Shown here: in pieces, positions 1-13,728 of the stretch
How the letters are laid out: every line of letters begins with the position of its first letter
Numbering within the stretch: position 1 is the first letter of the stretch
Assembly (NCBI GenBank): GCA_051294375.1
Contig: JBJCIZ010000239.1
Span: 2,145,030 to 2,209,029 of the forward strand
Length of the DNA stretch: 64,000 bases
Direction: 5' to 3'
Source: Paraspadella gotoi
Taxonomy: Eukaryota; Animalia; Chaetognatha
Notes under the pieces: generated by a model
Database searches by the model: none
The model's input: only the letters and a program-made list of their open reading frames with translations
What the model was told of the DNA's origin: nothing
Made by a program: the position numbers and the translations under genes

Positions 1-24
1 TAATAAAACTCAAACGCAATAAAC

Positions 25-101
25 ATGGAAGCAGGTTTTACCATCGCGGATTATGTCATATTTTGTGGATCTTTGGCCATTTCCATGCTGATAGGTAAAA
101 C

Positions 102-140
<39 letters not shown>

Positions 141-1644
141 CATTAATAACCGGCTAGCGGGATATCAACCAAGTGGCCACTTGGGTTTGACCCCTAAAGA
201 CGGCAAAACTGGTATTTATTGAATTGATGACCAGTTAACATTTTAATTTGAATATATATTATCGAATCATAATAAAATTTTGTGGAAATATAGTACTACA
301 ACAATAATGCAATTTTGTTAATAAATAAATTCAATAACATAATAATAAAAAGACTATTTCGTAAATCAAAAACTGGCGACTTTTAAAAGCTCACCCGCGC
401 TACTTAGCCCGACCAAGGGCGCGGGCGTGGCGCAGCCTTCCAGAACCCGTCCCTTCTCTCTTCGTCGTCAGTTTTGACCAATGTCCATTGTCCTTAATCA
501 CTTTTGGTTGTTCTTTTGTCAACTCCAGGCGTCTACCACGCTTACGTCCACCGCCACGCCGATGCCGACGACTATCTCCTGGCGGGCGGCGACCAATCTT
601 CCATACCGGTGGCGTTGTCTCTCGCCGCTACTTTGATCTCCGCCATCACGACGCTGGGATTCCCCGCAGAGGTGATGGGTAGAATGGTTGATGACAGATT
701 GATGACAGGTTGATGAAAGGTTGATGACAGGTTGGTGTTTTAAAGGTGCGGGAGACGTCTGTCTCGACGGAAGATCAGGACGAAAAATGACAGGAACGCG
801 GTTTAGATTTAAGACAACGTTTTTTTATATTAATAACAGTAGCGGTATCAACAACAGATTAAAATGACTGGAGTCTGGAAGAATAACTTTTTTAAAAATT
901 CTGTTGAGCAAAGTTTTTGAATTTTTTACAATGATTTAATTAATTCAAAAACTTTGCCAATCTCTCCAAACAACGAAAGTAAGGATTATACCATGAATAA
1001 AAATTCTGTAGAATCTGACGATTAAAGTTTAAATGAGAAACGATGGTATCCCTCTTAATAAATTATCTAAGGTAGATTCCTCCATAAATTTTTAAATTTG
1101 TCAGAACGTTTTTCTCTTTTTCCATATTTTTTTGACACTTTAAAACTGCCATTAAGAATAAGAATATACCTTTTCTTTATTTACCTCCAGTCTCCGACGA
1201 CGTCTTTCCCAGAATTTTCTAGATGCTACAATATGCAAATTATATTACAGTGACCCTCTCCATTCCCCCAGGTCTTCCTCAGAGGATTCACGGTGATCGT
1301 GTTCACCGCTGGTTCCATCTTCGGCGTCGTCGCCGCCGCTCTCTTCGTAGTTCCAATTTTCTATCCCCTTAAATTCACATCGATATATTCTTATCTGGAA
1401 TATCGATTTCAATCGCCGCTCATCAAAAAGATCGCCGTCTTCAGCTTCGTTCTATTGGTCGGTCGGTCAAGCGGCCGGGGCTGTTGTTACTGATGTTGGT
1501 GTAGTTGTTTTTTGATGTTGCTGTCGTTGTGTTGTTTTAAATGATTATCGATGGATGTGAGATTGTTTACTATTTAGTGTTTACTCTCACGCTTATGGAG
1601 ACTATCTTTTAAATTTTTTTACGTATTCACAAGTATTCATACAT

Positions 1645-1742
<98 letters not shown>

Positions 1743-4700
1743 CTATCATTTTTACTAAATCTTAAACCTAAACTAAACTCTATAAACTTAATATCTAATC
1801 TAATCTTCAAACCTAAAAAAATTACTTAATTATAAATTTAACCTGAAATGGAGACCTTTTGTAAAACATTGCCTAGATTTTTTTCACATTGCAAAATACA
1901 ATTGAAACATTCATGGAAACATTATACCAATCCATTGATAGGGACGCCAGCTATGCACAGCTATTGCACAGTCGGAGTGATTAATCGGGACTGTGAGAGT
2001 CTTGATTGAAAGCTTGTAGGGTCCTGCAATGTTATGTAGTGTGCTGTAGGCTGCCCAAAAGTCATTGGCAAGATAGCTTATTTATTGCATGAATGGATCT
2101 ATTTTAATAATTGGTTGTACCGATTTCAAATAAACAACTTTAGTTTTTCTTTTTCTATTTACTCTCCAACACCCCCTGTCCCCTATCCCCTCTATATCCA
2201 ATTTTATCCTATCTCTATCCTTCTCTCCCCTCTCCCCATAGACCCAATTATACATGGGCGTCTGTCTCTTCGGTCCAGCTGCGGCGCTCAATTCCGTCAC
2301 TCCCATCCCTACCGCGGCTTCGATCCTGCTCTGCGGCGCCGTCTGCACCATCTACACCTCCATAGGTAGACATAGCTGATAAAATTAAAATGTTGGGGTA
2401 TATATAATAGTTTATATTTGATAGTTAAGAGATAACATTATCCACCAAAATAAGTGGTAGGTAAGTGTTAAATACTCAATTGTAATTAGTTTTTTCCCAA
2501 AATGTTTTTTTATGAGGTTACCGATATATGTAATAGTATACAATGAAAATTAAAGATGTTTTTTAATTGATTCTGATAAAGTATATAAAGTAAAATAAGA
2601 TACAAGAATAATTACAATAATTACAACAAAATTGTTACGTCTTTTTAGTAAACATAAGAAAAAACGGATAAAATCTTTTGAAAATGATGATAACAATAAT
2701 TTTTTTATAATTTTTTAAAATTTTTAAAATATTCAACCCGTTCTAAAAATTATCATTTTTTTTTACAAAAAATTAACCATTTCTAAAAATTCAGCCCTTC
2801 TTAAATTAAAAAAAATAATTACAAAAAATAATTACCAAAAATGTACTAGCTTTTTAAAAAAATTGTTCTTTAAAAGTTTTCTTCTAAACGTATAAATTAT
2901 CCTTGAAGCGATTACTCTCACCCGATTGACCTCGGCTACCACCTACCGACAGGCGGGATGCGCTCCGTATTGTGGACGGACGCTTTTCAATCGATCATCA
3001 TGATCGGAGGAATGATAACTATCCTGATTCTCGGATCGGACGCCTTTGGAGGATTCGGAAATGTTGTCGATGCCAGCGTGGTGGCGAAAAGAATGGAGGT
3101 GAGGGAAGGTGGCGGTTGGGTGTGGGGGAGTAGATACAAGGTGGAAAGGGGAAAAAGGAAGGGACTGGTCCTTTTAGTACAATTAAACCATTCTTTGAAA
3201 CATTATACCACTACATTGATAAGGAAACTCGACTGTGAGAGGCGCCTTATCTTGTAAGAGGGATGTTCGCCTTCAAGATGGCTTATTTATTAAATGAAAT
3301 AATAGTTTTGATACGTATTAGTTGTACCAATTTTGTAGATAGAGGGAGGGAGAAAAAGAGAAGAGAACATTGAACGTTTATCCGAGTGGGCCTTTAGGCA
3401 GATATGATATTTAGATATTTAGAGAGACATGGAGAGATAGAGAGACAGAGAGGGATAATGAGAAAAGGGAAAGAGAGAAAAAGAGAGAGACACGTTGCTC
3501 TTCTGTTTCCCTACTGCGTCTTCTTTTCTTCTTCCATACCTCTCTCTCTATCTCTTTCTCTCTCTCTATATATTTGTCTCTCTCTCTCTTTTCCTAATTT
3601 ATAAACAAATAACATTCTTTACAAATAAACTTTAATGAGCCAATCAGCGCTGTTTTTCACATCCAATAAACATTCAACGACAACTACAAACGAACAAAAT
3701 CCCCTCCTTAGTTTCCCCCGTCGTTTTGGTCGTTCGATCCCACAGTTCGCCACACGGCATGGAACCTTTTGTTGGGCAGTTCCTTCCTGTGGATGATGCA
3801 GCTATCTTCTGCTCAGTCGATTACTCAGAGGATCATGTGTCTCAAAAACACTAGAAAAGCCATTTACACGGTGAGGACCGATAAAAGCTATTCATGATTT
3901 AAAATTACCAAAGCAAGTGTTTTTTTTTTGGTTAATTTATTAGCTTCTTAAACATATCATTTTGCAGGGGTGAACCCATTTTATATTTTTAATAACTTGA
4001 TATTGGTTCAATTATCTATCTATTTAGTAAATGCCTTTGTTCAAAGCGAGATCCTGCGAGCTTTCAAGCACCCAGTACTTCTTATATTTTACTCTTAATC
4101 GTTCTGAATTACAGTCAATAGTCGAAAAGCGACCCATATTTGTTCCTTAATCCCTGAATTTAATTTTAGACTTAATATTTAACCCTAATCTATTATCCAA
4201 CCCATGACCCAATCCCTAACTGTTAATAAAATTACTGTTTTTTGTATTCAATTATGTTAATATCGTTTTGTTATTAATAAAAAAAATTAAATACATAACT
4301 AAAATTCTTACCCAAACCTAAATCGTAACCCTAACCCCAAACGCTTTATCTAAATTTATAATGATAATCCCTAAACCTAATCCCTAACTGTAATCCTTAA
4401 CCGAATCCCTAACCAAAACCCTAACCCCAAACCCCTTATCTAAATTTATAACGATAATCCCTAAACCTAATCCCTAACTGTAATCCTTAACCGAATCCCT
4501 AACTGAAACCCTAACCCCAAACCCTTTATCTAAATTTATAACGATAATCCCTAAACCTATTCCCTAACTGTAATCCTTAACCGAATCCTTAACCGAACCT
4601 TAACCTCTAACCCCTAATTCCGAAATTAAGTTAAAATCGGTCATTTTAGGAAATTAACTCCTTTTAATTAACTCAGACGGCAATGGCAGCACCCCTCTAC

Positions 4701-7387
4701 GTTTTCCTCATGTCGACAGCGATGCTTTGCGGTCTCGTTCTTTGCGTCTCCTTCGTTTTCTGCGATCCAATCAAGACCGGTCGTCTCTCCAACCAGAACC
4801 AACTACTCCCGTTTTTGGTGGCGAGGTCTTTCGGCAGCGTCCCCGGGCTGACTGGTGAGAAATTAACTCGTTTGTAAATAATAAATAATATAAAAAGTTT
4901 TAGTTGTTTTATAACGGTTGGTTTATTTTCTTTTTAATATTCATTCTGCCATGCTTCCCCACCTTCCCTTCTACTAGGCGTATTCGTAGCGGCGGTGTTT
5001 TCCTCAAGTCTATCTTCAATCTCTTCGGGGATCAACGCCACGGCCGCCGTCATGTGGGAGAACGTTTTTGCCCACTTTCGGTTTTGTCGGGAGAAGGTCG
5101 ACCCGACTTTGGGCGATGAAGGTGGTTTAAGGGGAATGGGAGAGTGGAGAATAAAAATAAGAAATGGAAAATAAACAAAAATAGAATTAAAGGAGAATGA
5201 ATTGAAGAAAGTTAAAATAGGAAAATAAAAAGGAAAGGAGAAAATTTTAGGAAGAAGGAACAGAAAATATAGATAGGAAACTAGTAAATTTTGATTTAAA
5301 GAAAAAATAATAGAAAATAAAAAAATATAAAAAACTCTGCTGTTTTTCCCTTTTCTACTACATATAATTTTTTTCCTTTACCTGTTCCCCTCAATTTTTT
5401 TCCTTTTTTTGTCCCATCAAAATATTAACCTAAAACTTTTACTATTTCTACTTTAAAAAATTTTTTTAGTTTCATATAATATATATATAAATAGCTAATA
5501 AAAAATAAGTAAACAAGTTAAAAAATAAAAAAAATGTTTTTCAGTATATACTTTGTATTATGAACATTGTATAACAAAATTTTATTTTTTATTTCTACAA
5601 GATTCTTCAAAATAATTTAAATAGCTTTAAATGATCTTATTAATATCCATCATCCTTTCACCATCCACTTTATCCATTCTCCACTCTACAGCTCATTTCT
5701 ATCGCCACCGGCGTCATCGTCATTGGTGTTGCTTTTTTCGTCGACGCATCTGGCGCTAACCTTTTTACTCTCGCCATGAAATTCCAGGCGGTCGTAGGCG
5801 GGTCGCTTTACTCCATTTTTTTGGCTGCATACTTTATGAAATTCATCACCGTCAAAGGGGTCGTCGCTGGTTAATATAAAGGGATGGGAAAATAAGATTT
5901 TAAAAATTTAATTTCCATATTAAAAAAACTATAAGGTTTTTTGACAAAAATTTTATTATCTCAAAGTTTTATAATTTTATAATTACAAAAAATATTTATT
6001 TTACTTTATCAAATTATTTATCAGTAGATTAAAAACATCCTTTGATGAATATAGAATATAAAATATATAAATTATATATTTTTTAAAATAAATAAAAAAG
6101 TTATAAATATTATATTTTTCCTATTGAAATAAAAACACTTTTTCACCCTACCCTTAAAACAGGCTGGGCGATCTCCTTTGCCCTCAGTATGTGGGTCGTA
6201 ATCGGCAGCATCATCTACCCTCCACCCCACGTCGACGATTTGCCCACCTTCGTCGACGACGCCATCTGCAACGCCACCTCCGGCGTCGACACGCCCCCTT
6301 TTTCTATCGCCAACTTTACAGCGAAATTCGAGGAAAAATCTCTTGCCATTGGAGGCTCGTTTGAAATTACTTCGGGTATCTGATCTTAGGGAAATAAAAG
6401 ACTAGAAAGAGGGTGGTTGTAGCCTAATTTTTTTGTAAAAAAGTATATAAAAAAATATAATATAAACGTTTTTTAGAATAGTTTATGAAAAAAAATCATA
6501 TTGCTACAATATGCAAATTAGTATTTAAGCATAAATAAGTAAAGATTCAATTTGTCTCGGTACTGACGCTTTTACCTCCCAAAAATAAATTAGTAATTTA
6601 ATTTAAAAGTGTTTCCTCTCTAACACTATATTCTTTTTAATTTATTTAATAAACAGAGTACGAAGGTTTAGTCATCTATAAACTGAGTTACCTTCTCATC
6701 AACATCTTCTCCGCTGTCGCTTTTATGGTCGTCGCCGTTGTCATCAGTTTGTTTGATGGAGGATTAGATGTCGCAAAAAACGTGAATCCAAGGTGAAGAA
6801 ACTGGCACAATTCATCAATCGATCCATCAAATTTATATTACAATTTTTTTGAAAAACTTATTGAAGCGCATTAAACCAAATCAATATAAGCAAATTGAGG
6901 ACCCTCAAAGAAAATCAAATTCGATCAATCAAAGAAAATCAAATTGAAAATTAATATCAAATCCAGTTTAATCAAGCAATCCCAACAATTAAAATTTAAA
7001 AACATCAGTTTTCAAATTTGATTAATTAAATAGGTTGATGTAATAGGAAACGTCAATCATTATAATTCAGTAACACTCACAGTATGTAACAGCTTACCAA
7101 AATATTTTGCTGGTTATTCTAAGGTTTTATTTACTCAACAATAATTATTTAATCAAGTCGGTTAAAATATGGTTAATATCAGAACCCACTTCAGTTAAAT
7201 TATTATTAATTATTACTTTGCTTTGGCTTGAAGGCAAATATCAAAATCTCACAATTTAATTTCAAATTCCAGGTATGTTTTTACGTTCGATAAACTCGTT
7301 TTGGGTTTAAAGGCAACAGACGAGTCGGTCAAGCTCCCGTTGGATGAAAACGAAAATCTGCAAACAGAAAAATTATATTTGTCATAA
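25..7387 (+). CDS. SLC5 sodium:solute symporter (SLC5A5/A6/A8/A12, SMCT/SMVT-like), 12 exons, ~596 aa
   Basis: Exons read by hand with GT-AG boundaries: 25-94, 529-671, 1272-1457, 2242-2365, 2953-3098, 3712-3870, 4677-4854, 4978-5121, 5692-5869, 6163-6375, 6657-6792, 7273-7387 (TAA). SSF motifs: [73 protein letters not shown]-like [30 protein letters not shown]. Exon 8 is one base out of phase (see findings). Confidence 0.92.
104..138. repeat. (GA)n microsatellite in intron 1
   Basis: Pure AG dinucleotide run. Confidence 0.9.
1648..1739. repeat. (CT)n microsatellite, ~90 bp
   Basis: Pure TC dinucleotide run in SLC5 intron 3. Confidence 0.95.
1897..2053 (+). repeat. Dispersed interspersed repeat (unclassified)
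   Basis: TACAATTGAAACATT...GTGAGAGTCTTGATTGAAAGCTTG recurs, inverted, at ~24360-24500 and ~40385-40543, and partially at 3178-3265. Confidence 0.65.
4310..4620. repeat. ~90 bp tandem repeat built from degenerate CCCTAA motifs
   Basis: Unit CCCTAACCCCAAA..TTATCTAAATTTATAACGATAATCCCTAAACCTAATCCCTAACTGTAATCCTTAACCGAA starts at about 4330, 4420 and 4510. Confidence 0.85.
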
Positions 7388-7643
7388 ATGATTTTTTTTA
7401 TTGTTGAAAAATCTTTTTTTTACAAGGATCTTGTTTTGTATGTTATATGGATCATTATCATTTTCAATTTACGATCACAGTTAATAAAAAATTTAAACAA
7501 ACAAAAAATATACGCTTGATCTCCATTCTCCAAGCCTTGAGTGTTTAATTCATGGAGCATAGCTGGACAACTGGATTGAGCTCGGTCCCTAAATAATAAT
7601 TTCAGAGTTATTAAAAAATAATATGAATGAAAGTCAATGAATT

Positions 7644-7905
7644 TATAATTCACTTTGTCGGTCCGTCGGTCCGCCCCCTCAATCTTGTCGGGCATTCACT
7701 TATCACATGTCAGAACATAGAATTATGATAAATTATGCAAAAAAAATGATGTCCGTCTGTCCCACCTTAGCAAAAAACACCAATTATTTGTAATTGGATG
7801 GATCAAATTAATTAATTGCCTAATTAATTGACTTGAATTAATTATTAATTAATTAAATACCAATAATGATCATTGGCATATCCGACATTGTTTGCTCAAA
7901 CTTGT
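7644..7905 (+). mobile_element. DINE-1/HINE-like non-autonomous Helentron derivative, internally deleted
   Basis: Shared core TATAATTCACTTTGTCGGTCCGTCGGTCCGCCCCTCAAT, GTCY microsatellite and 3' end ATCCGACATTGTTTGCTCAAACTTGT followed by a T run. Confidence 0.7.
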
Positions 7906-8645
7906 TTTTGAACAAACATCAGTAAGGAATGATTTTTTAAAAGGTTACAGTTCCGACAGATCTCTGGGTAGAATATAGGATTAACTGAAAAGATTCTTTG
8001 GGGGGGGGGTTGCTATTTCAGATGAGAACATTGTTTGAGTAGTGCTTAATCTCGACTTAGTATTAACTCAATCCAAATACCAAAAGTTAAAAGTAAAATA
8101 GTAACTTTATTAAGTATTCAATATCCAATAGAGAAGAGAAACGAGTAGCAGTATGATAAAGATAAGTGCCAGAGCCAAAACGCAGCAGCAGAGCCGAGAC
8201 GCAGCAGCAGCTCAAAGCTACACAAAAACTATATATCATTTAATACCTAATGGTCTCATAAGAATCTCCCAAACATTAAGAATTTAATCTCATTTTATAT
8301 ACAAGGACAAAAATAAAACAATTAATGAGAGGAGAGTTCACATTTTGAGAATACAATCAAAACATCTACTAGTTATTATTAACCAAAGAGAGACCAGATA
8401 TTCAAAGTATAAAATTCAACCAATTAGAGGCTTTAAACAGAATTATTCGAGTCATTCAATTAAACTTAAAATTCAGATATTTGAGCATTTAAAGGATAAA
8501 AGGTCAGGGCTCAATTCAGATAAAAATTATGATAAACACTTTAACAATAACTATGATAAAAACGAATGAAAAAATTTCAAATACATCTTCAAAACTGATT
8601 AATTAAATTATATAATTGTACCAATTTCATAAATTCACCAACTTC

Positions 8646-9884
8646 TTAATCCCAAGTTATGAGTTGAGGATAGCAATCTCTCTCCTCTGACCAGAAATCG
8701 CTAAGCTTCTCATACCACTTGGCCACTTGGTCGTTTTGTCGATGCATATAATCACACAGTCGACAGAATCCCTCGACCACACTCTCTATCCGAATGTCAT
8801 AGTATTTTCTCCAGGCGTGATATTCGTTGTATCGTTTATCGTCCATATCCTTTAAGTATTTTGCTAATTCTTTGGGACTGAATTTTAGCGCATCAATGTA
8901 GGATCCGGGAGGAGCTTGAGCGGTGAGGTTTGCGCCGTTGAGCACCACTGGCACAGCCGTCGTTCGTGCTAGGATTTTCCACATTTTCTCTGAACTGTAA
9001 TCGCGACAAAGAGAGTTTTCAAAGGAGAGATAGAATTTATAATCGCGAGTCAACATTGACTCGCAATCCCCATTTCGTTTCCTTGAACATTTTTTTGAGC
9101 TGCATTCTCCATAGATATCTACGGGAATGTAACGACGAAGTTCGTCCACGTACTTTTCTCGTTTGCTTGGAGTATGACAGTTGCTGACGAACCAAGCAGC
9201 TAGCTTTGTCTTGTTGGCCGAGTAATTGACTTTTTTTGTAATAACCTTTGAGCTTTCTCTTTTGATTTTGAATCCATAAGGGATTGGGATATCGCTGTCT
9301 AATCGATAGGTCATTGACAAATTGAAGACGGGCCCAAGAACATTTGCGACAGTTTTTTTTCCGGCCGGATTCAAGATCCAAGTCAACGATGGAGACTCCC
9401 GATTTAGAAAGATCCACCTCTGCCCTTTTGGCTTAAAAGGTGGAAAGTCAAAGCCTTTAACTAACGAAGCGCTTTTTTTCTTTGTAAGCATGTTGACTCC
9501 GTGAAAGATTACAGCATCCGCCTCCTTTAATCGATCCCGATCTTTCGTAACCTCACACCGTTTTTCCCGACAACCTTTTTTGATAAACGGATTGGACCCA
9601 TAACCAAAGTGAAAGTCATCTTGTTGAAAGAATTTGGTCCACAAAAGGATGACCTTGTCATAATTAGATTTCAAAGCTTTCGATTCGGTCTTGTTTAGCG
9701 GTGTTGACGATAAATTTTGTAGAAACTGTTTGATTTTCCAATTCCTATCTTTGTAGATGGCACTGACTACCACATTTTGGATTATGTCTCTTCCTGTCTC
9801 ATTGATGATGAAATAAGCGAAGCAGAACGTAACGATGATGGCAGTGATTTTGCGAGCCCAACGGAAACGCATCTGAGAAGCCAT
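8646..9884 (-). CDS. Alpha-1,3-fucosyltransferase (GT10), intronless, 412 aa
   Basis: Type II membrane N-terminus (IIVTFCFAYFII), KVILLWT, ADAVIFH, QRWIFLNRESP, FNLSMTYRLDSDIPIPYG, KLAAWFVSNC, GT10 motif YKFYLSFENSLCRDYSSEK, C-terminal FCRLC. Confidence 0.96.
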   Translation of the reverse strand: MASQMRFRWARKITAIIVTFCFAYFIINETGRDIIQNVVVSAIYKDRNWKIKQFLQNLSSTPLNKTESKALKSNYDKVILLWTKFFQQDDFHFGYGSNPFIKKGCREKRCEVTKDRDRLKEADAVIFHGVNMLTKKKSASLVKGFDFPPFKPKGQRWIFLNRESPSLTWILNPAGKKTVANVLGPVFNLSMTYRLDSDIPIPYGFKIKRESSKVITKKVNYSANKTKLAAWFVSNCHTPSKREKYVDELRRYIPVDIYGECSSKKCSRKRNGDCESMLTRDYKFYLSFENSLCRDYSSEKMWKILARTTAVPVVLNGANLTAQAPPGSYIDALKFSPKELAKYLKDMDDKRYNEYHAWRKYYDIRIESVVEGFCRLCDYMHRQNDQVAKWYEKLSDFWSEERDCYPQLITWD

Positions 9885-9964
9885 TCTTCTCTAGGAAGTT
9901 TATTAAACGGATTTTAAACTGGAGTGAAATGATAGAACTTGTAATATCTATGTCAATCTATGCC

Positions 9965-10087
9965 AATCAATATCAATGGGGTAGGTCGGGAATTTGATTT
10001 GGGAACCTTCCCAACTAAAACTACAGACATTTCTGAGAAAACTTTCAATGGACCAAAATATTCTAAAATGGCTCGAAGCACTAGTAA
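9965..10087 (+). repeat. Dispersed repeat ending GAAGCACTAGT (Helitron/Helentron-like 3' end)
   Basis: Related copy at ~59408-59526 (TTTGATTT.GGAACCTTCCCAA...AAAACTTTCAATGGACCA...GAAGCACTAGTAATT). Confidence 0.55.
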
Positions 10088-10364
10088 TTATTTTTTTATA
10101 TATTTATTTATAGATAAGAATTTTTTTTAAAATTTTGGACAGATAGCTTATAAACAGTTGTCGATACTAAGTATAATTCTTTTTTCAATATTTTGAGAAA
10201 AACCTTAAAAAATCATTTTTATCATCATTACACGATAATTTTAAGAGTTTTTATTAATTTTGATGATAAAAACCAAAATTTTAAAAAGTTGTAAATACAT
10301 TTTTGTTTAACTTTTTGAGCTCTATCAGAATCAATTGAAAAACTTAACTTAAGTATCGTCTTTT

Positions 10365-11042
10365 TAATTCACTTTGTCAGTCCGTCAGTCCGCCCCCTCA
10401 ATCTTGTTGGGCATTTAGTTATATCTTGTCAGAACATAGAATTATGATAAATAATGCAAAAAAAATGTCCGTCCGTCCGTCTGTCTGTCCCACCTTAGCA
10501 AAAAACACCAATTACTCGTGATTTGAAGGAGTGATTGGCATGAAATTTTGTGTGTGGGTAGGAAAGTGTGTGATTGAGCTGGAAATTAAGTTTTGATGGA
10601 ATCGTCCGATTGGAATTAAGTTAAAATGGAAAAAAAACCAACAAAATATATTTCACTATTTGAACTCCAACTACTCATGAGTGAAGGGGGCGATTGACTT
10701 CAGATTTTTTATGTTGGTAGAAAAGTGTGTGATTGAGCAGGAAATAAAGTTTTGATGGAATCGTCCAAGTGGAAATGAGTTAAAATAAAAAAAAAACAAT
10801 TTATTTTACTACTTGATTATGCTTTTTTTATTTTTATATTAAATGTAAATTCAAGCTGCATTAATTAATTATTAATAAATAAGTAATTAATTAATTATTA
10901 ATTATTTTAAATTAATTAGATAATTAAAGTAGAAAACAATTTGACATGAATAAAAAAATTAATATTAATTAATTAATTATCTGATCAGCTGCTTACCGCT
11001 AATGATCGTGGGCAGATCCGGCATTGTTTGCTCAAACTTGTT
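10365..11042 (+). mobile_element. DINE-1/HINE-like element
   Basis: Same core as 22102-23352, (GTCC/GTCT)n microsatellite, two central tandem units, 3' GCAGATCCGGCATTGTTTGCTCAAACTTGT. Confidence 0.75.
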
Positions 11043-11053
11043 AAATAATTTAA

Positions 11054-13536
11054 TTAGCGTCTCTGCAAGATCGGGTTTCCATTAGTGACACAATCATTTT
11101 CCTTTGACAAAAATTTTGTCAAATCCGAATAAGATTTTCTTGGGAGGTGGACGTCATGAAGGGCAGCGCAAAGGTCGCACCAAGCAAGCTCCACGTTGCG
11201 TGAATGAATGCCGTAGATCTCATAGTGGCGTCGCCATTCATGTAAGGTATTGTATTGCGCATTGTTGACGTCATAATACTTTGGGAGAGGTGATAGGTGT
11301 AAAGATAGAAATGAAGGATAGAGTAAAGAAGTTTGTACTAATAATTTTGTGTCTGTTTGAGCAAAAAGCCAATCAGATAATTAGTCTATCTCACATATTT
11401 AATATGTATGTAGTCGGGCATAGCAAAGTTCACCCAAACCCTCAAGCCTGGTTCCAAGCCCAGGACCCGTTCCATGGCTGCAAGAGGGGGTTATAGAAGT
11501 TACGGATAGTCATCTTCAGCCCACTTAGCGCCTTATCCACATGTATACCAAAATTACCTTAAATACCATACTTTCTTAACACATGCAGACTAAAAAACAA
11601 TCTGAATGAAATTAAGTAATTTTTTACCCTCCACTCATTTCCCAATATATCTCTTTTCTCTCTTATTTCTCATAATTTCTCTCATTTTAGGAAGATAATT
11701 TGTTACCTTGAGAATTTTCGCTAATTCCTTTGGTGTAAGATTGTTAGCATCTATCACTGCACCAGGAGGCAAGCGCTGTGGATCATATCCTCCAGAGAGG
11801 ACGACCGGAACTGCCGTTGTATTTGATAGTATCGTCCAAGTCTTTTCCGTCATGTAATCTCGACAGATAGAATTGTCAAATGATAAATAAAATTTGTATC
11901 TAAGGAGATTAAAAAAACAACGAATCAAAGTGTTAATCCATGTCTAATTGTAAAAAAAATATTTTTATGTGTTTATAAAAAACCCTTTTATTAAATTCTG
12001 ACAACCAATTTATAATTTAATTTTCCAAGATAAAAATTAAACCTTTCCTGTTTTAAATTTTTTGACAAAAAAATGGTACGCATTTTTTTGGTATCACTCG
12101 CGAACTGACACGGGGTATTTAACTTTTCTTCCTATCAGGAGGATTTGTCTTTTACACTCTCTACTATGAGCATTTTCCCTTTACTTTCTATAGAAATTTG
12201 CTCTTCTGTCTGCACCCACTAGATCTTTACTTGCAACTTCTCCCCAACAAAATAGCAAATTTTTGCCTGTTTAGTCTTAATAAACCTGATGACTTTACAA
12301 ACAAAAGAGCATTTTGAAAAACAAAATAGTAATTAATTTTAGTTTAAGTACATCCATTTCTTAATCTATGTCTTGATCAAAGCATTTTAATCATATATTA
12401 TATATCGAAATAAAAATAATATTGTTTTGATTTATAAGATAAATTTTTCTTTGGCAACGTACCAAACTGCTACTTATACTTGCAGTAACAGTTCAGTAAG
12501 CCTTTGAAAGTGATTTACATGTATTGGCGCAGGCACTAGTTTTTATTTGTTATTATAATGATGATTCGTTGTAACTCTGTTAATTATCACTGCCTTTTAA
12601 AAACAAAGAAAGAAAGGAAAATACCACAATTTATAATCTAAATTAAATAAATTATAGTTTTTTTCAACCGGTCTTTTTTCTTTTTATTTTTCGTATTGTT
12701 TTCCTAGCCTTTTACCATAAGTATGTTAGTTATTCTTACTTTTTTGCATATTTATTCTGTACATATTCTATCCCTCCTTTTATTTTTCACTTAGTTCTGT
12801 ATCAAATAGAATGGTACCTCTTTAAAATGGTGTAGCATGCTGGAGATCCAGAGTAGATGACTTTGGGACACTTTTTGGGCCCACAGTTGCCATATACATC
12901 CACGTCAATATTCTTTTGCAGTTCTTCAACATATTGTTCACGCAGGGAAGATGTTTTGCAGTTGGACACAAACCAAGCAACAAGTCCTGTTTTTCCGATT
13001 GTGTAATCCGTCTTATCCTCAGGACATGAATTTTTCTTTGTACATATTTTTTTCCAGAAGCGACCATAATGAATTGGGATGTCGCTGTCCCTGCGGTAAG
13101 TCATCGTCCAGTTGAAAACATTGTTGAATAGTCTGAGATCGAGATAGCTGTAGACCGGTGATTCCAAATTAAAATAGATCCACCGCTGATGGGGCGGATG
13201 CGTTTCGGGCATGTCATAGCCAGGCACCAATGATTGAGCATTCCTTGACCGATCATAATGAACATCTCGGGAGCGAAACAAGATGGCGTCAGCTTTGGTC
13301 GAGATATTCCTCAATAACGTTGTCTCGCAAGAATAAATGGGGCACTTTTCAAAAGCTACTGCTCCAATGCTTATCCCAATATTACGGCTTTTGGTCAGCC
13401 AGGAATTCCAGACTAAAATGATTTTGTGGGCGTGTGCTGGAATCGGCAACTGAAAGCGGCTCTTGAAATAAATGTAGATGAGAAAGTAAAACACCGCAAC
13501 GGTTAATAACGTAAAAAAACGTATTGTAAATTTCAT
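11054..13536 (-). CDS. Alpha-1,3-fucosyltransferase (GT10), 3 coding exons, 378 aa
   Basis: Exons 13536-12818, 11899-11707, 11278-11054 (TAA) join in phase with GT-AG boundaries. Motifs: N-terminal TM, QRWIYFNLESP, FNWTMTYRRDSDIPIHYG, VAWFVSNC, YKFYLSFDNSICRDYMTEK, WCDLC. Confidence 0.93.
11432..11543 (+). repeat. Structured repeat family 2 (partial copy)
   Basis: CAAGCCTGGTTCCAAGCCCAGGACCCGTTCCATGGCTGC also at ~58805 (+), ~38117-38280 (-) and ~62040-62110 (-). Confidence 0.75.
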
Positions 13537-13728
13537 TTCAGTTTTTGTGTTTTCAGAGAGTTCTGAGATAAAAATGACAGAAGTTTTTACATTTTAAAAA
13601 TTTAATGTTTTCCAATAGGGACGTAACTTTCTAAGTTTTCTATTGCAGTTGTTTTTTTAGCATGATAGAAAAAAAATGAAGTATCAGGATATCTCATATT
13701 ACCGGGGTTTACCCAGCTATTACTCATT

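Noticed and set aside
4310-4620. True telomere
   Set aside because: CCCTAA motifs are degenerate, embedded in a 90 bp unit, and lie inside an intron.
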